Positions 12,181 to 24,181 of a DNA stretch of 64,000 nt are shown in pieces. A program made the translations under genes and the position numbers. The stretch's first letter is position 1, and each line of letters begins with the position of its first letter. The notes under the pieces were generated by a model. It was not told the DNA's origin. It saw only the letters and a list, made by a program, of their open reading frames with translations, and made no database searches. The stretch is from Octopus sinensis. Taxonomy: Eukaryota. The DNA lies in assembly GCF_006345805.1 (NCBI RefSeq), contig NC_043000.1, positions 147,746,001-147,810,000 of the forward strand. Reading direction: 5' to 3'.

Positions 12181-13159
12181 ATGCCATTTGAACGTTCCTT
12201 TGCTGGGTCGTAATTTATGAGTGTGTGCATGTACATGTGTGTCCACGGGTATTTTTTAGTTACACGAGGAGAGTGCTTTGACCAAAATGCATTCAGACCA
12301 TGGCCATCCCGCCTTTCTTCTATACGCATGGAACCTAAGTCTAATATTATTCACTATGTTCTTTTTCAGACGGGAGGGTGTCGGAGTTTTCTCTGCTATT
12401 TCTAGCAAGAGGCTCTCTCGTTGACTCGAGTTCTTCGGTCGATATTGCAAGGCGACTTGCAATGCTTGCTTTATACCCAATAGGAGAAATATAATAATTG
12501 TTGTTATTCTTTCCGGTGCGACTTTGCCTGTCATTCTTCTCTAATCAATATACAATAAATAACAGTCAACTATTGTGTCAATACCAGTTAGCTACTGATA
12601 ATGGTTTAATCTATTATATACCTTGCCTCCACAATTAGTGGTTTTGTGCCTGACATATCTTCAATCATTAACATCATGTATGTAATTTCTCTTTGTTCCT
12701 TTTCCCGTCGTCTTTATGGGAAATAAAGAAATTATTATTATTATTATTATTATAAAAATAATGTTTAGAATTTGCTTATGTTGGTTAGAAATTCCGATCA
12801 ATATTGTCGAAATGCTGGGCAGTTCATCAAATACTCTGCGCTCGTGTGTATATATGTGTGTGGTTGCATTTGTCTGTCTTGTGGTGGTGGCTTCTTTAGT
12901 TGGTTGTTGTCATGTGATGGAATTCTTGCCGTGTCCTTAATTTTAGTGGTAGAATTAAGATGATCGCTGCACAGAATGCCCCATCGCGTTTAGATGCATT
13001 CTTTTACGTCCCGAATAGTAGGACCACTTTGCCTTTCTTCCTTCTTAGGTTGATAAGGTAAAGTACCAATGAAATACTGGTGAAATTGATACAATCAGCT
13101 GTATCCTTCTCCCCAAATTGTGTGTCCTGTAATGTACACCTACGTTAGAAACTAATATA

Positions 13160-13323
13160 GTTTCCCATTCACATTGTTCTGGGTTCAGTTCCACTGCGTG
13201 ACACCTTGGGCAAGTGCCTTCTGCTATAGCCTCGGGCCGACCAGTCTCGTGAGTGGATTTGATAGATGGAAACTGAAAGAAACCCGTCATATATATGTGT
13301 GTGTGTGTGTGTATATATATATA

Positions 13324-13386
<63 letters not shown>

Positions 13387-13700
13387 GTGTGTGTGTGTAT
13401 ATATATGTGTGTGTGTGTATATATATATATGTGTGTGTGTGTGTGTATGTATATATGTATTTATGTATATATATGTGTGTATATGTGTAATCTGTCTTTG
13501 TCACCTACCATCGCTTGATAACCGGTAATGGTTTGTTTACGTCCCCATAACTTAGCGGTTCGACAAAAGAGTCTGAAAGAATAAGGTACCAGGCTTTAAA
13601 AAATAAGTACTGGGATCGATTCATTAGACTAAAAAATAATCAAGCCAGTACCCCCAATGTGGCTGCAGTCTAATGACTAAAACAAATGAAAATTAAAAGA
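13160..13700 (+). mobile_element. SINE family B2 variant with expanded internal (TA/TG)n (others 25270-25900 interrupted, 36318-36748, tail at 10580-10765)
   Basis: GGTTCAGTTCCACTGCGTGACACCTTGGGCAAGTG...GGAAACTGAAAGAA head, ~200-nt microsatellite, then ...CCCCAATGTGGCTGCAGTCTAATGACTAAAACAA tail. Confidence 0.8.
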
Positions 13701-14379
13701 TATAATCATCGTCCTTGTTTTATCGTCGTTTTCAATGCTTTCTTGAGCTAGACGGAATTGGAGAAGGACTTTCTTCTACAGCCAGATTCCCTATCTATGG
13801 TGAACCATTACCTGCTTCCAAGAAAGTAATATTCCCTCATAATGAAACACATTTCCAAGTTGAAGTCACTTGCCCAAGGTGCCATGCAGTGGAAATGAAA
13901 CCGAAACCATTTGGTTGGGAAGCAAGCTTTATACCCCACAACTATGCTTATGATTATCACCATCATCATCATTGTTTTTAATGACTACTTTTCCATGCCT
14001 GCATGGGTGAGATGGGAGTATGTTGGGGCAGAGTTTTTAAATCCAGATACCCTTCCTAATGTGAAGTAATTATCTTCTTGTATGTCGAGTGATAAACAGT
14101 CTGGGTATGGCTATGTGAAGAACTGGAAACAAATGATACTATCTTATCTGAACAAGCTTTTGGTAAACAAAGCTCTCATCATGTTACTATACATGTCAAG
14201 AAGCTTGGACATGCTTTCACAGTTGACTACAAGTAGGCAACACTGTCAACAAGACCATTGTTTGCACCTAGCAAACAGATGTTAAGACAAGGGAAAATAC
14301 GAATTCACACACGTATATATATACACACACACACATGTGTGTGTGTATGTGTTTATATATGTGTATGCATATATTATTA

Positions 14380-15240
14380 TTTAGCATCCTTATTCCGTGC
14401 CTACATGGGTTGGTTGGTTTGATTCAATACTGGTAAGTTGGGGAGCTGCACAAGGTTCCAATCTGATTTGGCATGGTTTGTACAGCTTGATGCCCTTCCT
14501 GATGCCAACCACTGCAAGAGTGCCAGTTACAAAACATCAGCATTGGCCATGATATTACCTCACTTGGCTTGATAGGTCTTCTTAAGCATGGTATATTACC
14601 AAGGGTCTCAGTCACTTGTCACTGCCTCTGTGAAGCCCAAAGTTCAAGAGGTACTTTTTACATGCCACTGGCATGGGTGCCAGTTATGAAACACTGGCAT
14701 TGGCCACAACTATGATTTCACTTGGCTTGTCAGGTCTTTTCAAGTACAGTATATTGCCAAAGGCCTTGGTCACTTGTCACTGCCTCTGTGAGGCCCAGAA
14801 TTCGAAGGGTGCTTTTTACATGCCAGTTACACGACACTAGCATCAGCCTTGACTATGATTTCATTTGGCTTGACAGGTTTTCTCAAGCACATAATACTGC
14901 CAAAGATCTTGGTCACTTGCTATTGCCTTCATGAGGTTCAATGTTCAAAGATTATGCTTCACCACCTCATCACATGTCTTCCTGGGTCTACCTCTTCTAC
15001 AGATTCCCTCCACCATTAGAGATCAGCACTTCTTCTCATAGCAGTCCTTATCCATATGTATCATACAACCATACCAGCTTAGTTGTCTCTCTTGCACACC
15101 ACATCCGATGCCTCTTATGCCCAACTTTCTCTCAAGACACTTACACTCCATCATGCATGCACTCTGACATTGCACATCCAGCGAAGCATACTGAATCCAA
15201 TGCCAAGTCAAGCAGACAGAGTTAGGATCTGTAGTTCGTG
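14380..15240 (-). mobile_element. 5'-truncated RTE LINE 3' end with tandemly repeated 3' UTR (second subfamily)
   Basis: Minus-strand peptide GIRGIGCGVQERQLSWYGCMIHMD resembles the RTE C-terminus; ~120-nt tandem units; terminal GGAAGGGCATCAAGCTGTA motif shared with family D. Confidence 0.7.
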
Positions 15241-15300
15241 GTTAGATGCTAAAGACATTCCTCCAGATTTTCAAGAGGATGCAAATGTAACACTATAAAC

Positions 15301-15519
15301 CAGTGGTTTTCAACCAGGGTTCCGCGGAACCTTAGGGTTCCGCCAGTACAGTCCAGAGGTTCTGCAAGAAGTTACAAAAATGCTAAAATCGGCAGTAATT
15401 TTTAATTCTCTTGTGCAGATATGTGTGCATAAGACTATTAAATTATTACACAGGGGTTCCTCGAGCCAGTGGAATGTTGCCTTGGGGTTCTGCTCCAGCA
15501 AAAAGTTTGAAAAACACTG
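15301..15519. mobile_element. hAT (Charlie-like) MITE
   Basis: TIR CAGTGGTTTTCAACC / GTTTGAAAAACACTG; 8-bp TSD CTATAAAC / CTATAATC (7/8); internal palindrome GGTTCCGCGGAACC. A second copy lies at 41235-41453. Confidence 0.9.
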
Positions 15520-15751
15520 CTATAATCTAATGGACAATCTGTCAATTTTACAGCAGTGTCTGCAAATATGAGTGAGTGTCTCTACCCTGCATTACTTATA
15601 TTCAGCTTGGTTTATTCAGCCATTTGAGACTGAAGTTCTGTCATTGCTTTTTATTTTATCTGTTACAGTAATCCCTCGCCACATCACGGTTTATTATTTA
15701 AGCTTATGTCGATTCCTCCATTGTGTTGTTTTGGCATTTATAATAAAATAA

Positions 15752-16154
15752 ATACTCTTTTACTCTTTTACTTGTTTCAGTCATTTGACTGCGGCCATGC
15801 TGGAGCACCGCCTTTAATTGAGCAACTCGACCCCGGGACTTATTCTTTGTAAGCCCAGTACTTATTCTATCGGTCTCTTTTGCCGAACCGCTAAGTGACG
15901 GGGACATAAAAACATCAGCATCAGTTGTCAAGCAATGCTAGGGGGACAAACACAGACACATAAACATACACGCACACCTATATATATATATACATATATA
16001 CGATGGGCTTCTTGCAGTTTCCATCTACCAAATCCACTCACAAGGCTTTGGTCGGCCCAAGGCTATAGTAGAAGACACTTGCCCGAGGTGCCACGCAGTG
16101 AGACTGAACCCGGAACCATGTGGTTGGTAAACAAGCTACTTACCACACAGCCAC
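15752..16154 (-). mobile_element. tRNA-derived SINE family B (copies: 27277-27592 +, 30518-30912 -, 34085-34466 +, 34668-35072 -, 35786-36217 +, 36758-37158 +, 41828-42266 +, 47809-48198 +, 48361-48720 -, 49951-50356 -)
   Basis: ~400-440 nt. Head GGAGTGGCTGTGTGGTAAG...GGTTCAGTCCC (A/B-box-like), CORE-like TTGGGCAAGTGTCTT, internal (TA)n(TG)n, tail GGCGGTGCTCCAGCATGGCCGCAGTCAAATGACTGAAACAAGTAAAAGAG(T)n. Eleven highly similar copies in the window. Confidence 0.9.
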
Positions 16155-16879
16155 CCCCGCTTATATAAGACTTGTGAAGACTTGTTGAGGCAAGTGAAAT
16201 CAAAATTGAAATCAAATTCAATGACTGGCATCCGTGCTAGTGGAATGCTAAGAGCACCATATACAAATTATAAAAATAAAAAAAAAATATACAGTACAGT
16301 ACTGCTTCTATTTTGCAGATTTTCACCAAATATGGGGTTTTGGAATGTAACACTCGTGATAGACGAGGGATTACTGTATTGGTGATTTCTTAATTTGGTT
16401 AAGGCCAGTTGTTAAAAGGAATGGAGTACTGTCAATTATATTCATTATCTATATTAGCAATGAGTAAACCTCTACTTGCCTTACTTTGTAAAGAAAAAGA
16501 AACCCCAGCAGATAATGTGATCCCAAATAATGTAGTACATCATCATCATCGTTTAACGACCGCTTTCCATGCTAGCATGGGTTGGACGATTTGACTGAGG
16601 ACTGGCAAACCAGATGGCTGCACCAGACTCCAATCTGATCTGGCAGAGTTTCTACAGCTGGATGCCCTTCCTAACGCCAACCACTCCAAGAGTGTAGTGG
16701 GTGCTTTTACAAAAACTATCTTCCCAGTTAGCCTTCCTTTGATATTGCTATACCTCTTATGTGTCCATAGCTTACACTGGGTACATCTTATAGAGTTTCT
16801 ATCTACGCCTTTTCTACAGATTGAGCAGGGCCATCCACCTGAAGGGATTTGTGGTTTGCCTGCCTTCCTACTTATTAAT

Positions 16880-17482
16880 ACTTTGGTTGACTCTAAGGCC
16901 CTTCAATTCTAATCCTTGTTTCCACACCTGAAACTTCTCCTCTGGTTCTGTTAGTGACTCAGCAATCAGAGCAAGGTCGTCAGCATAAAGGAGCTCCCAG
17001 GAGCATCTTGTCTTGAATTCCTCTGTTATTGCCTGGAGGACTATAATAAATAGGAGAGGGCTGAGGACTGAACCTTGGTGGACTGCTACTTCTACCTGGA
17101 ATTCTTCACTGAACTCGTTGCCAACCCTCACCTTACTGACAGTGTCCCTGTGCATGGCTTGCACAGCTCTCACTAACCATTCATCTATCCCTAGTTTCCT
17201 CATTGACCATCAGATAAGGGATCGGGGGGGGGGGACCCTGTCAAAGGCTTTCCCCATGTCAACGAAAGCCAGGTACAGGGGTTTATCTTCAGCTAGGTAT
17301 TTCTTCTGCAGCTGTCTTACCAGAAATATAGCATCAGTGGTGCTTTTCCCTGGCATGAACCCAAACTGCATCTCATCTAAACTGACTCTCTCGCTAATTA
17401 GTAGGGCTATGACCCTCTCTGTGACCTTCATTACCTGATCTAACAACTTGATACCTCTGTAATTATTTGTATCTAAAGCATC
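16880..17482 (-). mobile_element. RTE-clade LINE reverse transcriptase fragment (pseudogenised)
   Basis: QFGFMPGKSTTDAIFLVRQLQKKY...LAFVDMGKAFDRVP, a frameshift in a C-run, then VAVHQGSVLSPLLFIIVL...LLYADDLALIAES (RT motifs including YADD). Confidence 0.9.
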
Positions 17483-19433
17483 ATCATCTGAATATTATTT
17501 AGAAGAAAATGTTTGAAAAAAAAGAAGGGATGTTTATGACTGAAAAGCTTTCAATTGTAGGTCTGTTTGATTAGGGTTGAGCTGGGACTAAACAACTTTA
17601 GAGGGACCTCTATGACAGAGTGAGGACTAAGAGGGGTCAAACCAAATTCTCTATGGCATTTACTGTTTTTACTGTTTTGTTCAGCTACACAGTCCTTGAT
17701 TTTTGCTAAAATCATTTGTCTGAAATAATTGAAACCGCTTTTCTTCGCAGCACTCTAACAATACCTGGTTATTGAACTATGACGTTTGCCTACATAGATT
17801 CCCAAGAGTGTCATATTTAATTGAACTAAATGATAATGACTTGAGTACAATTAAAATTAGATCATGAGATTTGTCTTGATATAATCTTACCAACACCTAC
17901 ATCACTTGTTCATGCACGTGCTCACCCACTCACACATACACCCACTATCTTTATCAGTTAGATGTTTACGTTTTCCCATCTGATCTTGGTTGGGGAAGGT
18001 CTGTACTATCAACACATTTTGTTCCAGTATTATATTTTACGGAGATTTTTGTGATGGTGTGAGGCAGATGTATTTAATATGGACCTAGTACATAGAAGTT
18101 CTCTTTTCAAATTGGGATCTCTCTCCACCACATATCAATTTGAACCATAATCAACTGTGTGTATGTTATCATACACATCACAAATAAATATGATGGTGTA
18201 AATCCCTCATTCACACATCTTGTTGTTCGTAATTGTCAAGTATCTTACATACACAGACCAATGAGGCCACCTCTGAACTTGCTAGAAATAGCAGCCATAT
18301 CATATCCTACCAATGAATAGGAAGTCAGGCTTAGATACATGCTATCTGACAAAAATGACAATATGGTCATAGCCAGAACAACTTTTATCATAGGTCTGCT
18401 ATATCAGAGTTCTCTGCATGGAGGCTAAGCCACTACAAATTTTGGTAGAGGCTCAGTAGTTAGAGTGTCGGGCTCACGATCATGATGTAGCGAGTTCGAT
18501 TCCTGGACTGGGCTGTGTGTTGTGTTCTTGAGCAAGACACTTTATTTCATGCTGCTCTAGTTCACTCAGCTGTAGAAATGAGTTGCGATGTCACTGGTGC
18601 CAAGTTGTATCAGCCTTTGTGTTTCCCTTGGATAACATCAGTGGCATGGAGAGTGGAGGCTGGTATGCATGGGTGACTGCTGGTCTTCCACGAACAACCT
18701 TGATCAGACTTGTGCCTTTGAAGGGAACTTTCTAGGTACAACCCCATGGTCATTCATGATTGAAGGAGGTCTTTACCCCTTATTATAGTAATTTGAAATC
18801 TTGACCAAAGAGGCAGGTGGTAGAAGAAGAATAACCAGAACCTAAATGCTGTCAGCACATCTAACTACTCCATTAACTACCTCTTTGTATTTGGTATTTC
18901 AGTACATGTAGGGCATTCTCAAGGAAAAAAAGGTACCTTGCATTATCTTGCCCTCAAAATATTTTCCTCCTTTAGTTTGAGTAAACATTTCTTTTTTCCC
19001 CAAATCCCACCTATCTCCACCTGCATTTGTGTATGTTCATATGTGCTGGGTTGTATTCATGTTTTTCTGACACAGTTTTACTTGTGTGAGATTGCAAGTG
19101 TGTATAGGTTATGGACTGTTTTTATTGGAATATATAATTTATTTCTTTGTGAATTCATGGATGGTCATGGCTATGTGTATGCTTTCACATGCCAGGATAT
19201 GTATGTGTGCATTGCATGTAGATGTCTATCCTGATGATGATGATCATCATCCTTTAACATCCATTTTCCATGATGGTATGGGCTGGACAGTTTGAGCAGG
19301 GCTGCATCAAGCAGGAGAGCTGCATCAAGTTCCAATCTGATCTAGTTTGGTTTCTGAAGCTGGGTGCCTTTCTTAATGCCAACCACTTTACAAAGTGTGC
19401 TGGGTGCCTTTTCGTGGTGCTGGCACAGGTACC

Positions 19434-19642
19434 TATTTCTTTACTACCCACAAGGGGCTAAACACAGAAGGGACAAACGGATTATGTCGACCCCAGTGCG
19501 TAACAGGTACTTATTTAATCGACCCCGAAAGGATGAAAGGCAAAGTCGACCTCGGAGGATTTTGAACTCAGAATGTAGCGGCAGACGAAATAGCGCTAAG
19601 CATTTCGCCTGGTGCGCTAATGTTTCTGCCAGCTTGCCGCCT
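19434..19642 (-). mobile_element. tRNA-derived SINE family C (copies 25465-25695 -, 29750-29900 -, 38975-39207 +, 40225-40440 +, 46212-46430 +, 50830-51125 mixed, 51690-51840 -)
   Basis: Head AAGGCGGCGAGCTGGCAGA...GAGTTCAAATTCC, central CCGAGGTCGACTTTGCCTTTCATCCTTTCGGGGTCGATAAATAAGTACCAG, tail AGCCCCTTGTGGGTAGTAAAGAAATA. TSDs: 17 bp at 19417/19656, 19 bp at 25446/25696, 12 bp GGTATTGACAAC at 38963/39208. Confidence 0.85.
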
Positions 19643-20044
19643 TTTCCCTGTACTTGTGCTGGCACAGGTACCATTCACTTGGCACCAGTATGGTTGCTTT
19701 TTACATGGCACTGGCACAGGGCTCTTGCAAGCAAATTCTCTTTAGCAGAAGGAGTGGCATTAACACTTCTGCTGTGGAGGACAGGGATCATATAATCTGA
19801 CATGTCTGTGTGATAATATGTGAGACCGTTGCTTCTGTTAATTCATATATATGGATGGCCATCATACACATGTGCCTATGTATAAAAATATGCTATTTAG
19901 TTCACTAATTTCAGCTTTCCATAAGCATATGTGAATACATACATTGCATATGTTTTGACAAGCTGTTTACTAATCATTGATGTGAATGTTAATTCTTAAA
20001 CATGTTCTGGTAGATTTAAATATAAATGTGCTAAATGCTATTGT

Positions 20045-20290
20045 GCTTCCCTTTTGGAGAAAAACTTCTCAGACAGGACTGGCTGAAATGTCTCCACACC
20101 AGACATTGGCATGAAACTACAACATTTCACGTCTGTTGTGCAAGCCATATGCCAGAAATGTGTCTCAGAGCACAAGGCCAAAACAAATAGGAACAAGATT
20201 CCAAGGGAGAAGAAGATCCTCATGAAACGACAGATGAAGGTTGCAAATCGCCTCAACCAACATCCCGAAAGTAGCGAAAGGCTTCTAATT
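20045..20290 (+). mobile_element. Decayed CR1-type LINE fragment (linker between endonuclease and RT)
   Basis: Peptide FTSVVQAICQKCV...NKIPREKKILMKRQMK resembles the KIPRERR.LMRRR linker of invertebrate CR1 ORF2. Confidence 0.4.
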
Positions 20291-20859
20291 TCTCTTCGAC
20301 TTTTATCAACACATGTCTAATATATCTATCTCTATTCCCTCTATTAAAGTTTTATCACTGGAAACAAATATTAATCTCCTTCACTGAAACTACTCTCTCC
20401 TTACTCTCCTCACCTATCCACGTTCCCACATTGACTTCTCCCTCACCCTCTCTCTTCTCTATTCTCTTTCCTCTTTCCTCCCTCTTTTCTCTCTTTCTCT
20501 CTATCCTCCCCTACTCTCTGTCTCCATCTCCTCACTTATCCACATCCCAACATAGCATTCACGCCTACTCCCCCTTCCTATCTCCCCCCATTTTTCTCTG
20601 TCTCCTTTCTCCCTATCTATTTATTTCCTCTCTCCTGCTCACTCCTCTCTCTTTCTTGTTTCCCTACTCCCTTCTCCCTCCCTCACCCTCTCTCACTGCC
20701 TATCTGCTTCTTTCTCCCTCTCTATCTTCTTCCCCTTCTTCCCCTCCCTTCTGAAGATGGATCTTCATACAATGAGCTACATTAGTGTTAGTGACCACTT
20801 CGAATCCCAGAGACGCTGGCATCAGGAAGCGGTCAGAACAATGCTCTTGGCATGGTAAG

Positions 20860-21449
20860 TAGCTGAAGGGGCGCCACCTAATACTCTCATTGCAGACACC
20901 CTGGAGAGTTTTGGCTTCCGTCGAACAATAGCACAAATTGAATGGGAAAAGACCGAGTCCCTCCTATCTTACAAGCTCATACTTCCACACATCGAAATAT
21001 TAAACAAAATAGTTTAAGTAGAAGCAAGACAAGAAAAGGAGAATGGCAATGAGGAAAAGGAAAACGAAATTGAGAAAGAGGAAAACAAAAACAAGGACAG
21101 CATGGACCCAGAGAAGGACCCAAACAGGGTAGAGAAGAGACAAGTCAAAGGGGACAACTGTGAGCCCAAGAAGAGTGTCTAAGCTGGCCAAGAGAGGCCG
21201 AAGCTGAAGATGAAGGCATATGAAGAGGAAAGGGACAACAACAGTAAATTGAAACAAAAGGTAACACAAGACAGAACAAAGAATCTAGAGAGACCACAAG
21301 ATGAGAAAGAACATAGCCCACTTTCGTCACTGGAAAAAGGATATATGTATTTGTATTGGGACCCCTTCGCATCGAAGACCGGTGATTGTCGTGTGCTGAC
21401 GACCCAGAAACTCGAGTCTGTGCATATCACGTCAGGTCGACAATACTGA
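20860..21449 (+). pseudogene. Decayed LINE ORF1-like reading frame
   Basis: EGAPPNTLIADTLESFGFRRTIAQ... (RRM-like ORF1 motif) runs in one frame into a highly charged low-complexity tail, with two stops. Confidence 0.3.
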
Positions 21450-21744
21450 TAGGGCACAGAAAGTGTGTCAATAGTCAGCTGGAGATGTTCTCTTGGGGCT
21501 ACAAGCTGCAGTAGCATCCACCCTTAGCGGTTAGCCACATTTAAGTGGCAAATATACTTCATGTTGTCATGTAGCTACTGTTTATACCTCGTTCGGGGAT
21601 TTATTATTGCTTATATATATATATATATATAGTAGAAATATGTTACAAAAAGAAAATAGAAACTACACGTGGTAATGTAAGGGGAAAGTAAGAAAAATCA
21701 ACGAAAATGCACATTGTAAATAAAAAATAAAAAATATATATACA

Positions 21745-22865
21745 CAGTGGCTTGCAAAAGTCTACACCCCCTTTGAAAATTTATATATTTTGTATAATTT
21801 AACAGGGAACAACACATTTTTTTCAATTCCAATGATTGTTAAATAATAAGCAGATCCATCACACTTTCCTTTGATATAAAAATTACATCTAAAAAATTTC
21901 ACACTGATTCTTAAAATCATATAACTTAGAAAAATGTCTTTGCAAAAGTCTACACCCACCCCCCCACACCAGATATTATACTGTGTTATCAGGTAGTTTG
22001 TCATTGATGTATACAATCCCAAACAATCAAAAGTGACATGTGTGTTCTACCATAACAAACAAACTTGGCCAGTCCGTTATTTTGCTATAAGAGGTGATTT
22101 AACTGTCTACAAAGTCATTCACTACATGGTTCTTTTGGTATGTTGGTCTTTGGACTCTGACTGTAAACACAAGGGGTCCAACTCAGGAAAGAAAATGGTC
22201 AAGCCTCTGTCTCAGGAAGTTAAAAACCTTATTATTCAAAAGTACAATGAAAACAATGGCTATAAAAAGATTGCAAAAACTTTAGAATTGCCCCTAAGCA
22301 TTGTTAAAACTGTAGTTAAGAAGTGGTTAGTGCACAAAACCACTGCTACCCTACCAAGATTTGGGAGACTGAGCAAACTTACCAGAAGAGCAAAGTGAAA
22401 ACTGGTCCGGGAGGCAACCTCCAACCCTAATGCAACACTGGAAGCTAGGCTAAACTTTGCCAAAAGTCACATTAATGATTCCATGACCATGTGGCGAAAG
22501 ATTTTGTGGTCAGTTGAGACCAAAGTTGAGTTATTTGGAAAAAATACGAAACGCTACGTTTGGCGGAAAAGGCACTGCTCACCAACCTCGTTACACCGTC
22601 CCCTCTGTAAAGCACAGCAGTGGCTCAATCATGCTTTGGGGCTGTTTTTCAGCTGTAGGGCCTGGAGAGTTGGTAACCATCCGAGGTATCATGGATAGTG
22701 TCAAGTACCAAGAAATATTGGAGGCAAACCTGCTGAAGTCTGCTAGAGCTCTGCGCTTGGGTCACAATTTCAAGTTTCAACAAGATAACGACCCCAATCA
22801 TGTGTCAAAAAGCACTAAAGCTTGGTTTTCTCACAAGAAAATCAGCTTTGGAGTGGCCCATTATT
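21745..22865 (+). mobile_element. Tc1 DNA transposon relic (left IR/DR end plus broken DD34E-type transposase)
   Basis: Left end CAGTGGCTTGCAAAAGTCTACACCC with inner direct repeat GCAAAAGTCTACACCC at ~21941. Transposase remnants GYKKIAKTLELPLSIVKTVVKKW, ILWSVETKVELFG, SIMLWGCFSAVGPG and FQQDNDPNH. Has a stop, an internal deletion and frameshifts; right TIR absent. Confidence 0.9.
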
Positions 22866-22951
22866 TTTTTAATGGAAAGAAAACACTGATTAAATTTGGT
22901 TTAAATGTTTGACAACTCAGCACCGTCCATTTGATGGGGGGGCGTTTTGCT

Positions 22952-22992
<41 letters not shown>

Positions 22993-23198
22993 TTATTTAT
23001 ATTATATAGAGGGTACTATTATTCATAGGTACCGCACGCTAGGAGGGACTTTTGCAGTCAAAACTACAACATGAATAATAGTACCCTCTATATAATATAA
23101 ATAAGTATTTTCAAAGTTGAAAAAATTTACAAATTTTTTCTGTTATGAGGTTTTTCACGCTAACTACTTGATAATTTCTTATAAAGATTTTATCCTAT

Positions 23199-23245
<47 letters not shown>

Positions 23246-23494
23246 GCAATTATATTGATAAACAAATTAGATACATCAAATAAATTTAATAGGTTTGATG
23301 TAGCTAATTTGTTTATCTGCATAATTGCTTCTATACCAACTCAACTTGATTACTCTTATGAGCCTTTATTTTTTATCCTGTAATGACATTGGAGTCTAAG
23401 TTTGAATGTTTTTTGTATTGTCTTCCATATGGACAATCTCTGGATCTAATCTGTGAACTTTACAATATATATATATATATATATATATATCCAG

Positions 23495-23822
23495 TGGTAC
23501 GTTTTTTACGTACCCCTGGCCTCCGTGCCGGTGGCACGTAAAAAACACCATCCAAGCGTGGCCGTTCGCCAGCCTTGTCTGGCACCTGTGTCTGTGGCAC
23601 AAAAAAACACCATCCGAGCGTGGCCGTTCGACAGCCTCGTCTGGCACCCGTGTCGGTGGCACATAAAAAGCACCCACCACACTCACGGAGTGGTTGGCGT
23701 TAGGAAGGGCATCCAGCTGTAGAAACTCTGCCAGATCTGACTGGCCTGGTGCAGCCTTCGGGCTTCCCAGACCCCAGTTGAACCGTCCAACCCATGGAAA
23801 GTGGACGTTAAACGATGATGAT
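23495..23822 (+). mobile_element. Family D: RTE 3' ends / RTE-tailed short elements with (GAT)n tail (also 16540-16712 -, 19240-19740 -, 28021-28242 +, 31053-31357 +, 33060-33255 +, 44725-45040 -, 48925-49020 +, 53160-53380 -, 53780-54080 +, 58470-58610 -, 61826-62286 +)
   Basis: Shared GTGCCGGTGGCACGTAAAAAGCACC units and GGAGTGGTTGGCGTTAGGAAGGGCATCCAGCTGTAGAAA...GGACGTTAAACGATGATGAT. The same sequence follows RTE ORF2 remnants at 43305-44342. Confidence 0.85.
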
Positions 23823-24150
23823 TATATATATATATTATATATGTTGCATTGAATGCATTGTGACATTTATTTTGGCTCTACACTATGAATTCAGCTTATC
23901 CTAGTGATGGTGCTGGTCTAACTCTTTCTAGCAGTTGTGTCCTGAATGTTCTGCTGTGGTGGTGGTTGCGAGAAGGACAAGATGGAGTTTCTGTTGAATT
24001 GTGTTTCACTCCCTTTTTCCAGGAAATCTTGAATTTCGTTCAATTATGAGAGCATGCAATAATATAGATATTAGATTAAAATTGTTTGAAGTATATGTTG
24101 AGTGACAATTTAGGAGTGACAGTTGTGTGTTTGTGTGTATGCATGAGCAT

Positions 24151-24181
<31 letters not shown>

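Noticed and set aside
13169-13528. Cys/Val/Tyr/Ile/His/Thr-rich ORFs (also 6043, 24153, 34840, 36434 and others)
   Set aside because: Translations of (TG)n/(TA)n/(CA)n microsatellites.
20340-20750. Pro/Ser/Leu-rich ORF (20431-20754)
   Set aside because: Low-complexity pyrimidine tract.
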